NCBI RefSeq assembly: GCF_018350175.1
Contig: NC_058368.1
Coordinates: forward strand, 8,556,001-8,620,000
Direction of reading: 5' to 3'
DNA: 64,000 nucleotides
Source of the DNA: Felis catus
Lineage: Eukaryota
Part shown: positions 50,658 to 63,591 of the stretch, piece by piece
Layout: each line of letters starts with the position of its first letter
Position numbering within the stretch: position 1 is the first letter of the stretch
Program-made: the position numbers and the translations under genes
The notes under the pieces: generated by a model
Told to the model about the DNA's origin: nothing
What the model saw: the letters and a program-made list of their open reading frames with translations, nothing else
Database searches by the model: none

Positions 50658-52009
50658 AAGTGTATTTGAGAACCATCACTATGATAATTGTGAGCCAAGT
50701 CATTTGGACAGGGGAGACCGGGGATGAGCGACCTCAGCTCTGCCAAAATTAGAGTTGCTTTCCTTCTGGCCAGACCTTACTTTTATTATTTTTACCCTGC
50801 CATGGGAGATCGAAATTTCAGAACGCTAACAAACAGCAGCTCAGAGGTTTTGCTGCCCTGCTTTTTGTCTGTAAAATGTAGGGCTGTGAGGTTCTTGGAA
50901 GCCCCGCTCGCACCCCTGCACTCTGCCTGATGCCACACATCTCAGATTATTGGGCTACGAGAGATGGGAAGTGTGGGGGAGGGTATTTTCATACCTTTTA
51001 TTACTTTCAGCTGTAGCAGAAATGACAGGTCAGGGGTGACCTTCCATCACGACACTAACACCACTGGGGACAATGACAGAGAAGAAGTAGTAAAAAGCAA
51101 CTGAGCCTAACTTCTAGAATCATCTTGACTTCTTACAGGAACTTTGCCAACAGTACATGCTTTCTTGCATTGCCGTAACACGCACGGGGCCGTCTGCTGG
51201 GAAGGTTCATAAAGATCCTTGCAATATCTTCCTTAAGGCAGTGGACAGGGGCCACAGATTGATAATAGCTTCCACTTTCAGTGAGAAAGAATACATTTCA
51301 TGAAGTCCATGGGTTCTTTGGCTCCCATCACAGGCAGGAGCTGGGAGGAGAGGCTGAGTGGGAGCCTGAAGTAAGGGGTCAGCAGTAGGGAGGGAAAGAA
51401 AGGGCCAAATCTGAACGAGTCAGAGCTGACAGGTCAAGAGCACCTGCGAGGGTGGAGTGCCTGGAAGGGGGGGATGAGGGTACCACTCTCAGAATTGTGG
51501 GCTCAGGACCGGAATCTGAGGGTCTCGAGTCATGTCAAAGTCCCAGAAAAGCATTCACAGAAACTCATCCGGCGGATTTATACACATACTGGGCTGACAT
51601 TATGACATTAAGGGGAGGAGCCTTGACTGACCTCACTGGTGAGCGCAAGTAGGACAAGATGGGAGGAGGGATGTGACACGAGCAGGGCCTGTCTCTAGAT
51701 CAGAAGCAGGGAGCACAACCAGAGAAGGCGTGGTTAGCGAGGAGGGAGGAACATCAGGAGAGGCCAGGGAGGACAGAATTCACCGAAATCGCCTGGTCAG
51801 TCAATGCAGTCTGTGCTGCAGAGGGGGACATCTCAATATGAGGAAGAATGGAAATGCAGGCTTAATGATTAGGAGCTCACCGGGAGCTTCGATGTTAGCT
51901 TGAACAAGATGTATGAAGGCAGGAATCAGGTTATCAGGGGGTAAGGCAGGTGAGAATGGAGGAATGAGGTGAATGTTAGGATGCTTAGTGGAGGAAAAAG
52001 AAGGGACTC

Positions 52010-52221
52010 GGGGTACCTGGATGGCTCCGTCAGTTAAGCGTCTGACTCTTAATTTCTGCTCGGGTCATGATCTCACGATTGGTGAGTTCGAGCCCCGTGT
52101 CTCAGGCTCTGCACTGACAGTGGGGAGCCTGCTTGGGATTCTGTCTCTCCCTCTCTGTCTGTCCCTCCCCCACTCACATTGTCTCTCTCTCTCTCCAAAT
52201 AAATACATACACTTTTTTTTA
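52010..52221 (+). mobile_element. CanSINE (within probable L2 remnants, about 51300-52780)
   Basis: TSD aaaaagaagggactc / aaaaagaaaggactc. Confidence 0.92.
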
Positions 52222-52292
52222 AAAAAGAAAGGACTCAGTAGAGGAACAGAGAAAGTTGTTTTGTATTTGGTTTTATACCTCCCCCGCTTTTT

Positions 52293-52526
52293 TATTTTTA
52301 TTTTTATTTTCATTTTTTTAATGTTTTTTTATTTATTTTTGAGACAGAGAGAGACAGAGCGTGAGCAGGGGAGGGGCAGAGAGAGAGGGAGACACAGAAT
52401 CGGAAGCAGGCTCCAGGCTCTGAGCCATCAGCACAGAGCCCGATGTGGGTCTCGAACTCACAGACTGTGAGATCATGACCCGAGCCAAAGTCGGATGCTC
52501 AACTGACTGAGCCACCCAGGCGCCCC
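52293..52526 (-). mobile_element. CanSINE
   Basis: Reverse body. TSD ctcccccgcttttt on both sides. Confidence 0.95.
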
Positions 52527-53129
52527 CTCCCCCGCTTTTTACAAAACACAGATAAGAATGTTTATGATCCAAGAGGGAGGATCCAGTGATGAAGAAGCCA
52601 TTGAAGATATAAATAAGTGGGGATGATAGATGGAGCGCTTCCTGGAAGAAACGGGAAAGAATGACGTCAAACACAAGTGGAAAAGAGAGAAAGAAAGGGG
52701 TAAAGGATGAGTACAGAGAAATACTGGGCAGGAGGAAAGAACTCCAGGGAATTCACATTAGGTAGCTTGATTTGTCTGAGGTAATTACTGAGGGTTTTTA
52801 CAAAGATTAAACATGATGGAATTGGGTTTCATAAAGCAGAAAGGCATATAATGGTTACCGAGAGCAATACAGTATGAGTCCGTAAGAAGTGAAGGGAGAA
52901 TTGCAGGGCTGCATAAAGGCCAACTTGAGGCTGGAAAACATGACTTTATACTGGAAACGATCCACCAGATGTTAGGCCTATCCCCAGTGATATAGTGGAT
53001 CATGCTTCTCTCCAGCGCCTCGTCCGTGTTTTACTGTAAGTTAGAGCAGCTCAAATTCCAGAGTGAGCATATACTGTTTCTCGGGAGCTTTCTTTGAGTC
53101 GTAAACTAATATTTAAATACAATTCCTTG

Positions 53130-53351
53130 AGGGCACCTGGGTGGCTCAGTCGGTTGAACGTCCACCTCTCGGTTTCAGCTCAGGTCGTGTGCTGATGGTT
53201 GTGGGATCAAGCCCTGCACTGGGCTCCGTGCTGGGTGCGGGGCCTGTTTGGGATTCTCTCTCTCCCTCCCTGCACCTCTCCCGTTCGTGTGTGTGGGCAT
53301 GCAGGTGTCCTCACTCTCTGAAAATAAATAAACATTTAAAAACAAACAAAC
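53130..53351 (+). mobile_element. CanSINE
   Basis: TSD aaatacaattccttg on both sides. Confidence 0.92.
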
Positions 53352-53656
53352 AAATACAATTCCTTGGAAACAGAGGTGCTGGTTGAAAAGGGTTGCAGGG
53401 AGCCTCAAACCATCTGTGCCTTCCCCTTCCCTGTCCAGTCTTGCTGTACCAACCCTAAGAGATTCCACGGATGACAATTGGAAATCACTCGTTTTATGGC
53501 ATAGGTGTCCAGTTGGCTCAGGAACTGGAGACAAAATTCACTACTGTGATGAAAAAGGGTAACATTTTTTTTTCTAAAATTAAAAATCCTAATTGTTGCC
53601 AAGAAAAGCATTTTCTTATTTGTAGGTTTGTAATAGGATCCTCATGTGTCCCTAGA

Positions 53657-53820
53657 ACATGGCCGTCCAGTAGAACTTTCTGTGATGATGGAATGTTCAA
53701 TGTCTGTGCTCCTGAACCGTTGTAATATGGCTAGTGTAACTGAGGAGCTGACTTCTAAATTGTATTTAATTTTAATGACTTTAAATAACCACTTGTAGCT
53801 AGTGGCTCTCCTGTTAGTGA
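53657..53820. mobile_element. MER3-like hAT-Charlie element
   Basis: gtccagtagaactttctgtgatgatggaatgttc...ggctagtgtaactgaggagctg...cacttgtagctagtggct. Confidence 0.8.
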
Positions 53821-53867
53821 AATTCTAGATTATATTATCAGTTTGGATTTTCTAAAAGATATACAAT

Positions 53868-54044
53868 TATTTTTTAAGTTATTTATTTATTTTGAGAGAG
53901 AGAGAGACAGAGAAAGACTCTCAAGCAGGCTTCGCACCGTCAGCAGGGAGCCCCATGTGAGACTCGAACTCATGAACTATGAGATCACGACCTAAGCTAA
54001 AATCAAGAGTCAGATGCTTAACCGACTGAGCTACCCCAGTGCCT
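53868..54044 (-). mobile_element. CanSINE
   Basis: Reverse body ending gactgagctaccccagtgcc. Confidence 0.9.
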
Positions 54045-56890
54045 CAATATAATAATATTTCTGATCATAGCATCCTTCAGATTCATAATGACTAATGAAG
54101 GTCTCCTACTTGATCCCTTTAGTCCTGTATAGAAGTTATAAGAAGCTAAAAAGAAGTTAGGACTTCTTTATGGTTTGAGAAAGACTTTTCTCAAACCATA
54201 GACGCTGCCTCTACCTCTGACTAGTTGTTTCATAAGTTCGTACAACTGACCATAAGACTAGGTCATAGAAAGTGGAATAAATCACCCATAGTGATGGGGA
54301 TCAGAGTCATTATATTAATGTACAAATATAAGAGTACACATAATTTAACATTTTGCTTAAGATACTTTCCCAGAATGTAGACATATTAACTTAATCCCAC
54401 TATATCCAGACAGGGTTGGATGGTATCCAAACTAGAAGGGAAAAAAATGGGAGAGAAATATATTAAGCCAAAGGAAAGCTGGAGGGGGAGGGTAAGGAAG
54501 GAAGGTGAGGGGAGCGGAGTACGGATGGTAATATATCTGTGGTGGGAAATAACCTTGGTTATTGGGTTCCAGAGCTATCAGTACTCCATCAGCCTCTTTC
54601 TGGTTTCCTCGAAGGCTTCCTGTTCCACCGCTCTCCTGTCCTGCCTCCCCGTGAGGTGGAGACCCAGAGAGAGCTAACCCAAAAGGCCAAGGTCCAGACA
54701 GTGTTTTGGAGGTCTCGAGATGCAGAAATGTGTATTTTCAAGCCGGGGAGATGCTGGACTAGTGAAATACTGTTCAGATGGTCAGAAGACGTTCTTAAGT
54801 GGGTGCTTATTAGATAAAAAGAAAACTTTATTTTTGTGAAACGCAGATCTCACCCTGTGGAATTTTCTGTGCAGATGATAGGACTGTTAAATCACATTAG
54901 GTACCTTACGTTGTACATTCTTGGACAAGAGCAGCCTGAATTGAAAAAAAAAAGAAAAAGACAAAATGTGAGAGAAACATACAGTATAAATGAATTGAAA
55001 TATAGATTTTTATCTGCTAGCAAGTCACGAGCTGAAATGGAATATTGTAGACATTATTAAGAATGTCTAGATCCCATTAATGCTATTACCGCTGTTATTA
55101 TGTGTCTATTCAGCCAACAGACATCAAACTTTCTATCTGGTGCGTGTGAGAACTTTTGGTGCTAACCTGACATATTCTGTTGAATGTTCTTTACACAGTT
55201 GAATGTATGCGGGTTTTATAGGAGACAGTTTTGCTTCCTTTGGTGGTTTCAGTAAAATAGATTCACTAGCTGGGGTTTGAATATCATTGCGCAGTGTATG
55301 CACTTGTGAGTTTGACATTGGCATTGAAAGTTCTTTTCTGACCGTGTTACGTAAGGATGATTTTGACCAGGCTGCGAGCCTACCAGGCACACCCTTCAGG
55401 GTAACCAATCACCGGAGTCGTAAGACTAAAGTATTGTTCTTTGTTTTCCTTTAAATTTAGTTGGTCTTGTCAAAAATCACACTCACAAAAGGAGAACTGA
55501 TGGAAGCCTTGGAAAGATTGTTTGTATACGCTGAAGATAATGGATCTTTTGCATCTTGTTTATCTAATCTGTCTTTCGTAACTGGATAGGCAAATGTAGT
55601 TCATTGTGGTTTTCTCGTCCCCTTTAATTAGCAAAGCAGTGACGTGTAAAGAGGCCTGAACTGGTAGCCAGGGATATACAGATTCTAAAAAAAGTCTCAT
55701 CATGTTAAGTGGAACAATGGGATGTGTGTGTTTTTTCTCCTCGGTGGTTGTACGGCCATAACAGAATGTGATCTCCACCGGATCCGGAGTTGCTACGGAG
55801 TCATTACTGTTTTAATGTGCAGGTGTCTATGGATGATGTGCTCTCTTGAACTTGGAGCACACCGAGGCATAAATCAAAAGTGAGCCACCCTCCCATAAGT
55901 CTGCTTCCACACGTGGCTGGATGACCCCAGCATCTCTCTGCTGCGTGAGGGCTGGGGGGGGTGGGTTCAGTTCAGATACCAGCTTTTCAAGCAACTCAGA
56001 ACTTTGTGACGACAACAGAGATACATTGAGAATAATTAAACACGCAAGATAGTATTAGATGCGTTCCCTTTGTATTCTTTTTACCCCAAATACACATAAT
56101 ACATTTAGATGAGATGGAGAAGGTTTTGATATAAATGTCTAGCTCTTCCTCCCCAAGGAGCTGGTGAGAACCCACTCCCAGTAGAGCGAAGGCATTGCAA
56201 TTTTGGTTTCTTACGTCAAGGCCCGTAGTCTGTGGTTTATTTATGTACCTATTCGAAGTGGACTCAAAGCAAAGCGCTCTGTTGCAGTATTGCTAAGGAG
56301 GGTTACTTCCCCAGTAAGTTCTGGAAAACTCCCTCTCTTCCTGTTCTCTTCCACATGGCAGCATTTCTTGACCGTGTCCATGACGTTTTCTCTAATTTGA
56401 GTGCTTTTTCCCTTTCTGTGTATTGCGCTTCCTGTGGGCGAAGAATGGAACATTTTCTAATCTTTTTCTCATGGAGCTTTTTAATATGGGTCTGCGGTAA
56501 GGATGGGTGGATTCCTCTGACAGAAACATGGATGACGCGGCCGCTGCACGTCGCATCTCCCTGCTGCCACTCAGGGGGCCTTCTGGTTGAGCACGCCCTG
56601 CCCGGCCTGAGCAGGTACAGGGCCTTGTCACTCTTACCCCCCGTGTGTGGCAATAGAGGGCCGCCAGCAGCTCCAGGAGCAGAGGGGAGGGTTGCCCTGC
56701 TCTCCTCCACATCTGTGCGTAACTGCCCCGGTGGTATGGTGGGGAGATGGGGCTGGGGGTGGTGGTGGGGGGGCGGGGGAAGGTAAGTATTGGCAGATAC
56801 TGGTGTTTCTCCTTCCCCGCGCTGGGTTTTTAGGGTTGGCTCCAAAACATGTGACCGCACTAACGCCGGGATCCTCGCTTGTTTTCTTGA

Positions 56891-56891
<1 letters not shown>

Positions 56892-56935
<44 letters not shown>

Positions 56936-56936
56936 C
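56892..56936. repeat. (TG)n(CG)n alternating purine-pyrimidine repeat
   Basis: tgtgtg...gtgcgcgcgtgtgtgc. Confidence 0.95.
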
Positions 56937-58678
56937 ATAGATGGACATACGAGTGTACACAGACACCCTCACTACAGGTTTTCCAGAAGCCCTAGTGAAG
57001 TCTCCCCCACCCCCACCTCCCGCCCTTGCCACATGGAAGAGGGACAGGAAAGCGGCCACCCCAGCATCTCCTACCACAGCCACTGTGACAGAAATCTGAG
57101 GCGCCCGTCTTTTTCCTAGCCCTCTTCATTAGAAACTGTGTGTGGCAGGGAGTTCACAGCACAGACAGCCTCAGCTGTCATCTGCCAGCACCTGTTTCCC
57201 TTGGCCCCTTTGATTAGAAAACAGAAAATGCCAGCGCATCTCGGGCATTGGCAGCCCCAAGGTGGGACTCGAATGTTGGCGCTGACGCAGGAGACTTCCT
57301 TTGCCACCGGGAAGGTATGTTATTAAAGGCAAATGAGCCTGGATGGGTCCTGTCGAAACGGCTTCACTGAACAGACAGGCTAATTCAGCCAGAGGTCAAG
57401 GAGTGGTGTTTCAAGCAGTTGCTGCTACGTTGGGTCTAACAGTGGCTCCGGAAGTACATGAGAAATGTGCCATGTTTTTCGGGTTTTTATTACAGTTGAG
57501 GAAGGATGTGCTCACTGGCTAGAGGGTGGTTACTTGTACAGGAAGTGCGGGTTCCCTTTGGTTAGTCCTTGGCGTATGACTTGTGCACCTTTGTACCTGG
57601 CACTGTCTTCCTTCTCCACGTGTCTTTAGTTGTCTGTTCCTTGTTTACCATCACAGAAGCCTAGAATGTCCACACTGGCCCCTTAAGTATCGTTGATGCG
57701 GTCATGATCACTCCTCAGAGGAGGATATGGATGTCGGGACAGGAGAGATGACTTTTAACACCATCCCAGCGTAAGTTAGTCATGGGCTGAGGGCTGGAAC
57801 TTAGCTTTGATGTCCTCATCCCATGATGCACACCAGGGCAAAAGGCCCTGAATGCTGCCCCGGGACCTTCTGGAGAAAAGTGTATTTGTTCCAGGAATAG
57901 CTTGAGCCCAAGGATCAGGAGATTCCAGCATTGAGGTCCTACCACAGGAATCGACAGCGACTAGAATCTCCCATTTCCTGTGATGGTCCCTTTGCCAGGT
58001 ATCAGCAGGGAGCTAGCTGAGTGCAGCTGTCCTCAGTGCATGGGACCCCACCGGCACCGTGTACCTACTGGTTGAGGTTCCCTGTGAGCAACTCTCAGAG
58101 GCCAGTGAGGGTGGGGGGGTGAGCGTTGTGTGCCGAGCACAGAAATTGCGGGGACTCTGTGCTCCTCAAAGACTTCTGGGGAGGCAGGGAGGTGGAATGA
58201 AAGGTAACGGGTTTAGGAGAACGCAGATCTAGGTATGGGCCTGGGCTGTTCCCCTCGGACAAACCACAGGATCCCTGTGGGTGCCCCGTGTCCTGCCTAT
58301 AAAGTGAGAAGTAGGACTGTGGCTTCTGAAATGCCTTCTGGGTTCTGTGTCGCTGGTCCCAAGACCCAGAGACAGTTCTCAGGGTTCCCGTGCCCCTAGA
58401 ATAGATTTGCTCCTTCTCACATTTTTGTTCAGAAACCATAATACATGTTCCTTTATCCCACTAGGAGGCCATGCAACTTGTGTTGTCTCTATATAAAAAC
58501 TGTCAGTAAAAATAATTACACAGCTATACACTTAAAGCACTAATGTTGCATTTTCCTACATAAGAAAATCTAAGTTCTTTTGGTAATATTGCTAAGAGGA
58601 TAAAGTCCCGAGTCTCAATAAATGAGTATACAACAGGCCAGTTTAACTGAGAGAAAAATTGCTCAACAACTAACTTTC

Positions 58679-58892
58679 GGGACGCCTCGGTGGCTCAGTC
58701 GGTTGAGCGTTGGACTCTTGGTTTCGGCTCAGGTCGTGATCTCAATGTTCGTGAGATCAAGTCCCACATTGGGCTCTGTGCTGACAATGTGGAGCCTGCT
58801 TGGGATTCTCTCTCCCTCTGCCCATCCCCCGTGCATGCATGCTCACGCTCGGTCTCTCTCTCTCTCAAAATAAATAAATAAAATTAAAAAAA
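58679..58892 (+). mobile_element. CanSINE
   Basis: gggacgcctcggtggctcagtcggttgagcg head and A tail. Confidence 0.92.
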
Positions 58893-60029
58893 AAACAACT
58901 TATAAATAAATATTGGCAGGGTTATATTGATAGCTTTCTCTCTTGCTGTAATTTGTATGTATTTCATAAAAAAAAGGTGTGGGGATCGTCTCATACATAC
59001 TGGAAAGTCCTTAAAGATCTAATGTTACAAGTTTGAATTCCAGAAACACACGTGACAAAAAGTTTTCATATATTCTTTTATTGGCATTTTGAAAAATACC
59101 TATTTTGTGATATTTAGTAGCTTTAACACTTTGTTTCATTAAGTTTTATAAATTTACATGTTTGACACATAGAAATTATGCTCTTATTAAGGTAAAAACT
59201 TAAGTGAAATCTGCAGGAAAATCAGAAACAGCAAGAAGTTTCCTTATTTCTAATTCAGTGTTGTCTCCCCTAGAGCCCTCACTTGCCTCTGTGACTGGTG
59301 ATAGACCAGCGTCTGATACCGTAAAGTACCCTCAGGCTTGTCACTGTTGTGTCTTGTCTAGTTGTTAAGCATATGGTTGTGTAAAATTTTATCCAAAAAA
59401 TCTGTCTATGGTTATAGCCCCAGGAGATGAAACACGTTCATGAAAATATGCAATTAGCAAATGTCAGAAGAGGGCCAGATCCTTCCTATGAAGGTTAAAC
59501 CGAGGCAAGGAAATCTCTTACTGATGTTGGTTTCTTTTGTTTTTACAATGTGGGCCATCGCCAATCAGTCAAGGAAGAGGCACATGCTGGAAATACTGCA
59601 AAGGAGGAGACAAATAATCATTTTGATGATAACAGTCCTGTTCATGGAAAAGCAAAGAACTGAAAAATTTTCAGAACCAATTAGCAAAGGGGCCAGTTAC
59701 AATGTTCAGGGTGAAAAAAGTAACAGTGTTCTTCTGTCAGTGCCGAAAACATAAGGTGGAAAACAGAGCCATGGAGTTCAGCACCAAAGGAGGCAAAACT
59801 CCAAAGAGCACGACAGTAGGATATGTGAAGGAAAATGCACAACTGCGCTGAGGGATGGAGAAGAAGATTTGAATAAATGGAGGCACATATCTTGTTCCTG
59901 GACGGGAAAAGTTAATACTGGAAAGAGACTGTAGAAAGCTCCCCCTCCATTAAACTGAGGGATGTGTTGACTACAGTAGCAACCACAATTCCCAGTAGGA
60001 CTTCACAAAACCATTCTTTTAAAAAAATT

Positions 60030-60308
60030 TGGGGGGGGGGGGCGCCTGGGTGGCTCAGTCAGTTAGGCGTCCGACTTCAGCTCAGGTCATGATCTTACAG
60101 CTTGTGAGTTCGAGCCCCGCGTCGGGCTCTGTGCCGACAGCTGGGAGCCTGGAGCCTGCTTTGGATTCTTTGTCTCCCTCTCTCTCTGCCCCTCCCCCAC
60201 TCATGCTGTCTCTCTCTGTCTCTCAAAAATAAAATAAAATACATAAAATTAAAATAAAATAAAATAAAATAAAATAAAATAAAATAAAATAAAATAAAAT
60301 AAAATAAC
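60030..60308 (+). mobile_element. CanSINE with an (AAAAT)n tail
   Basis: Poly-G-extended head, full body and an (AAAAT)n tail. Confidence 0.95.
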
Positions 60309-60309
60309 A

Positions 60310-60475
60310 TTTTTTAATGTTTTAAAAATGAGAGAGAGAGGGAGACACAGAATCGGACACAGGCTCCAGGTTCTGAACTGTCGGCACAGAGCCCGACGTG
60401 GGGCTTGAACTCATGAGCCATGAGATCATGACCTGAGCCAAAGTCGGACGTTTAACTGACTGAGCCACCCAGGCT
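60310..60475 (-). mobile_element. CanSINE (shortened 3' part), tail-to-tail with the previous copy
   Basis: gagagggagacacagaatcgg...tgagccacccaggc. Confidence 0.93.
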
Positions 60476-60898
60476 CAATATAAGCTTCTTAACAAAAATG
60501 TTCTAATATTCATCTCTAAGAAAAAGTGTACCAGAATCACCAGAAAATATTTAAAAATAAAAAGTAATGAAAAGGCACTTGCCTTTCCAGCTTAAAATGT
60601 TTTGAAAGATGTGAAATATTAAAATATAAACAGTCATCTCAGTGGAATGAAATAGCAGATCCATAAATGAGCCGAGGCCACTCAATTCAGTTAATCAGTC
60701 AATCCCTTCAGTTACATGTAATAGATATGTTGTATCTATACACATTTTATATGTTATGTATTTGGTATAGAAAAAGCAGGATTTTAAAGAAATAGAATTG
60801 GGAAAAGAAATAATTTCAAGATGAATCCCAAGTATAAAAATAAAAACAAAAATAAAACATTGGAAGAGAATTTAGGTGAATGTTTGTATAATTCTAAA

Positions 60899-60965
60899 TT
60901 TTTTAAAGTTTATTTATTTTGATAGAGAGCAAGTGGGGGAGGGCCAGAGAGAGAGAGAGAGAGAG

Positions 60966-61024
<59 letters not shown>

Positions 61025-61154
61025 CAAACCCAAGCAGGCTCTGCACTGTCAGCGAGAAGCCCAATGAGGGGCTTGAACTCCTGAACAGTGAGATCATGAC
61101 CTGAGCTAAAACCAAGAATCTGACGCTTAACCAACTGAGCCACCCAGGTGCCCC
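60899..61154 (-). mobile_element. CanSINE with an expanded (GA)n
   Basis: TSD ttgtataattctaa / ttgtgtaattctaa. Confidence 0.93.
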
Positions 61155-62962
61155 TTGTGTAATTCTAAGGTGGACAAAGTTCTTTCTAATCATGACGGCA
61201 AAAGCAGGAGCCATAAAAGAAAAGATTGAAAGAACATTTCAGTCACCTTGACCTATATAAAAAGAGAGTTCTTTTCAATTGTTTTAGTGCAGATAAAATT
61301 AAGAACCTCTATAGATGATAAAAAAAAATTATAAGGCAAGCAATAAAGTGGGAAACACTTAACCACTGTGAACAATGATTATTATCCCTAATATTTAAAG
61401 AACTCTTGTAAATTAGTAAAAACAAAATAAATAAACCATGCTCAATAGCAAAATGGGCAGAGGACATTCATCAAAAAGTGAAGCCAGTAGCCAACAAGCC
61501 TACAGTGTTTTTTGAACCCTACTATTGATATAATAAAACAAGTTAAACACAGTATCATTTTCCCCGATTATTAGGCTGATGTCGATTGAAAAGAATGATA
61601 ATATATAGAGTGATGATAAATGCATGGGAAACTGTGTCGTATACGCTGATGTTGAATTCAGAAGTTGGTATAATATATAAGGAGGGTACTTTTCATAAAA
61701 TTTAAAATATTTAATATCATGAATACCTTTTTGCAAGCAATTCCACTTAAGGCATTATTTTAAGGAAGTAAACCCACAGATGTATCCAAAGCAATACCCA
61801 TTCATTCTTGTTATAACAGCAAAATATTATAACAACTAGGAGGGTATTTGGTTGTACAAAGCATCCACATCATATGGTTGAATACCATGAAAACTTTAAA
61901 AATGGTATTGTAGATGCATATTTATTCATAAATGTCCAAGATTATTTCAATGGAAAAAATCAAATCAGTATGTAGGAATGAACCTGGGGTTGTTTGTTTT
62001 GTAAGTCTCTAGAAGAGTAAATCTTAAAAGTTCTCATCACAAGGAAAAAAGCTGTAATTATATGGGGTGATGGATGTGAACTCGGCTTGTTGTGGTGGTG
62101 ATTTCATGACATATACGTTTGTGAAATCATGACATTGTACACCAAAAACGAATACGATGTTATATGTCCATTATATGGCAATAAGAAAATTAAATGCCTG
62201 GATTCACTTCTACTTTACTGTTAATAGTTAGGATTATTGGCAACGTTTAAAAATATTTGTTCTCTTCTGTTTTCTAAACATGCGGGAGTGAAGTGAGGAG
62301 AAGCAAAGAACAACGATAAAAGAGAAATATACCGCCTGTTTAAAAGAAGGTAGAAAAAGAAATCCCCCTACCAAAAAAAATGGCAAATTGACCCCTCATT
62401 AGCAGTGATCTGAGAAGGAGTTACATTTTAGTGTGCATTGAGGGGGTCTTAACCACGTAAGGATGGCCTGATGCCCCTGAGTCTGGTGTGCATTAGGATT
62501 CCCTCTCTGGTTGAATTCACTTACTTCTGGCGGTAGAGATCAAAGTAGGGCAGAAATAATCTGTATGACATTCTGACAAAAATTAAAAGATGAAAGAAAC
62601 CTGTATAAAATAATTAATACAGCAAGAAAAGAGCAGCACCTGCTTGTGTCGAGAAAAGACTTTGATAAAAAGCTTCTTGTATAGGTTATGCCATCTTACA
62701 TGGAACAAAATGGAAATTTTCGCATCTTTCTCTGTTTCTCGAGAGAACGTTACTTCAGTGATGATAAAATTCCCCATGATTCCTTAGGACTTCTCAAGAG
62801 GTGACGCTGTAGGTGTTTTATGAGACACCTACAAGAAATAACTCTCAATTATCCCTGAGAAAGCTATCTCAGTACAGGTTTGACAGATATCGTCAGGCAT
62901 GGATCCCTGAAAATGTCTTTGATCGCCTTCATATTAAAAAAAAAAAAAAAAAAGAAACCACA

Positions 62963-63180
62963 GGGGCGCCTGGGTCGCTCACTTGGTTAAGCATCTGACT
63001 TCGGCTCGAGCCATGATCTCACGGTTGGTGAGTTCGAGCCCCGCGTCGGGCTCTGTGCTGACAGCTCAGAGCCTGGAGCCTGTTTTGCATTCTGTGTCTC
63101 CCTCTCTCTCTGCTCCTGCCCTGCTCACACTCTGTCTCTCTCTCAAAAATAAACAAAGAGTTTTTAAAATTTTTAAAAAG
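62963..63180 (+). mobile_element. CanSINE
   Basis: ggggcgcctgggtcgctcacttggttaagc head and full body. Confidence 0.93.
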
Positions 63181-63591
63181 AAAAAAACAACTCTGGAAAT
63201 ATTAAGAGCCCAGTGCTTTTATTCTGTGCTGGGTGTTTGAGCAACGAGGCAGAAATATATGTAGAAGTTGAGGGTCTGGGTATTAAAGAGTTTATATTTC
63301 TGTTGCATTTCTTTAAAAAAAAGATTTCTCTCTATAGCATTAATTTTATGTAAGGAAGTATATGTATTGACTTTGTACAGGTGCATCGTTTAGATAAATA
63401 TGGGAAAGCTTATAAAGAACTGCAGTAACAATCTTAAGTTCCGTACAAGGTGTAGTTCATGCTAATGCAGCAGTGTGGAGAGAACACGAAACTTCCATTG
63501 AGAAGATCCCACCCGCAAACCTGCTCCACTGCATTGTGGGAATGAGAGCATGAATCAGGGCTCTTTGGGGGCTAAACTGTATAAAATGTAG

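Larger units (their letters stand above)
59400..62195 (+). mobile_element. Decayed old L1 ORF2/3' fragments (with SINE insertions) and a separate L1 3' end at about 62005-62195
   Basis: L1 motifs gaagatttgaataaatggaggcacatatcttgttcctggacgggaaaagttaatact and caatagcaaaatgggcagaggacatt. The separate 3' end reads gagtaaatcttaaaagttctcatcacaagg. Confidence 0.7.

Noticed and set aside
56232..57119. The longest ORFs in the track (184 aa +, 211 aa -, 149 aa -)
   Set aside because: They are explained by high GC and the (TG)n repeat, overlap in several frames and resemble no protein I recognise.
57120..57314. Possible additional MTUS2 coding exon
   Set aside because: The phase-1 reading has a stop. 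The open frame (MPAHLGHW...ATGK) ends in phase 0, which is incompatible with the phase-1 MTUS2 intron, and the peptide is unrecognised.
243..63240. Recurrent ORFs such as GAWVAQSVERPTSAQVMIS... and tRNA-like heads
   Set aside because: These are translations of CanSINE bodies. The heads are tRNA-derived Pol III promoters, not tRNA genes.
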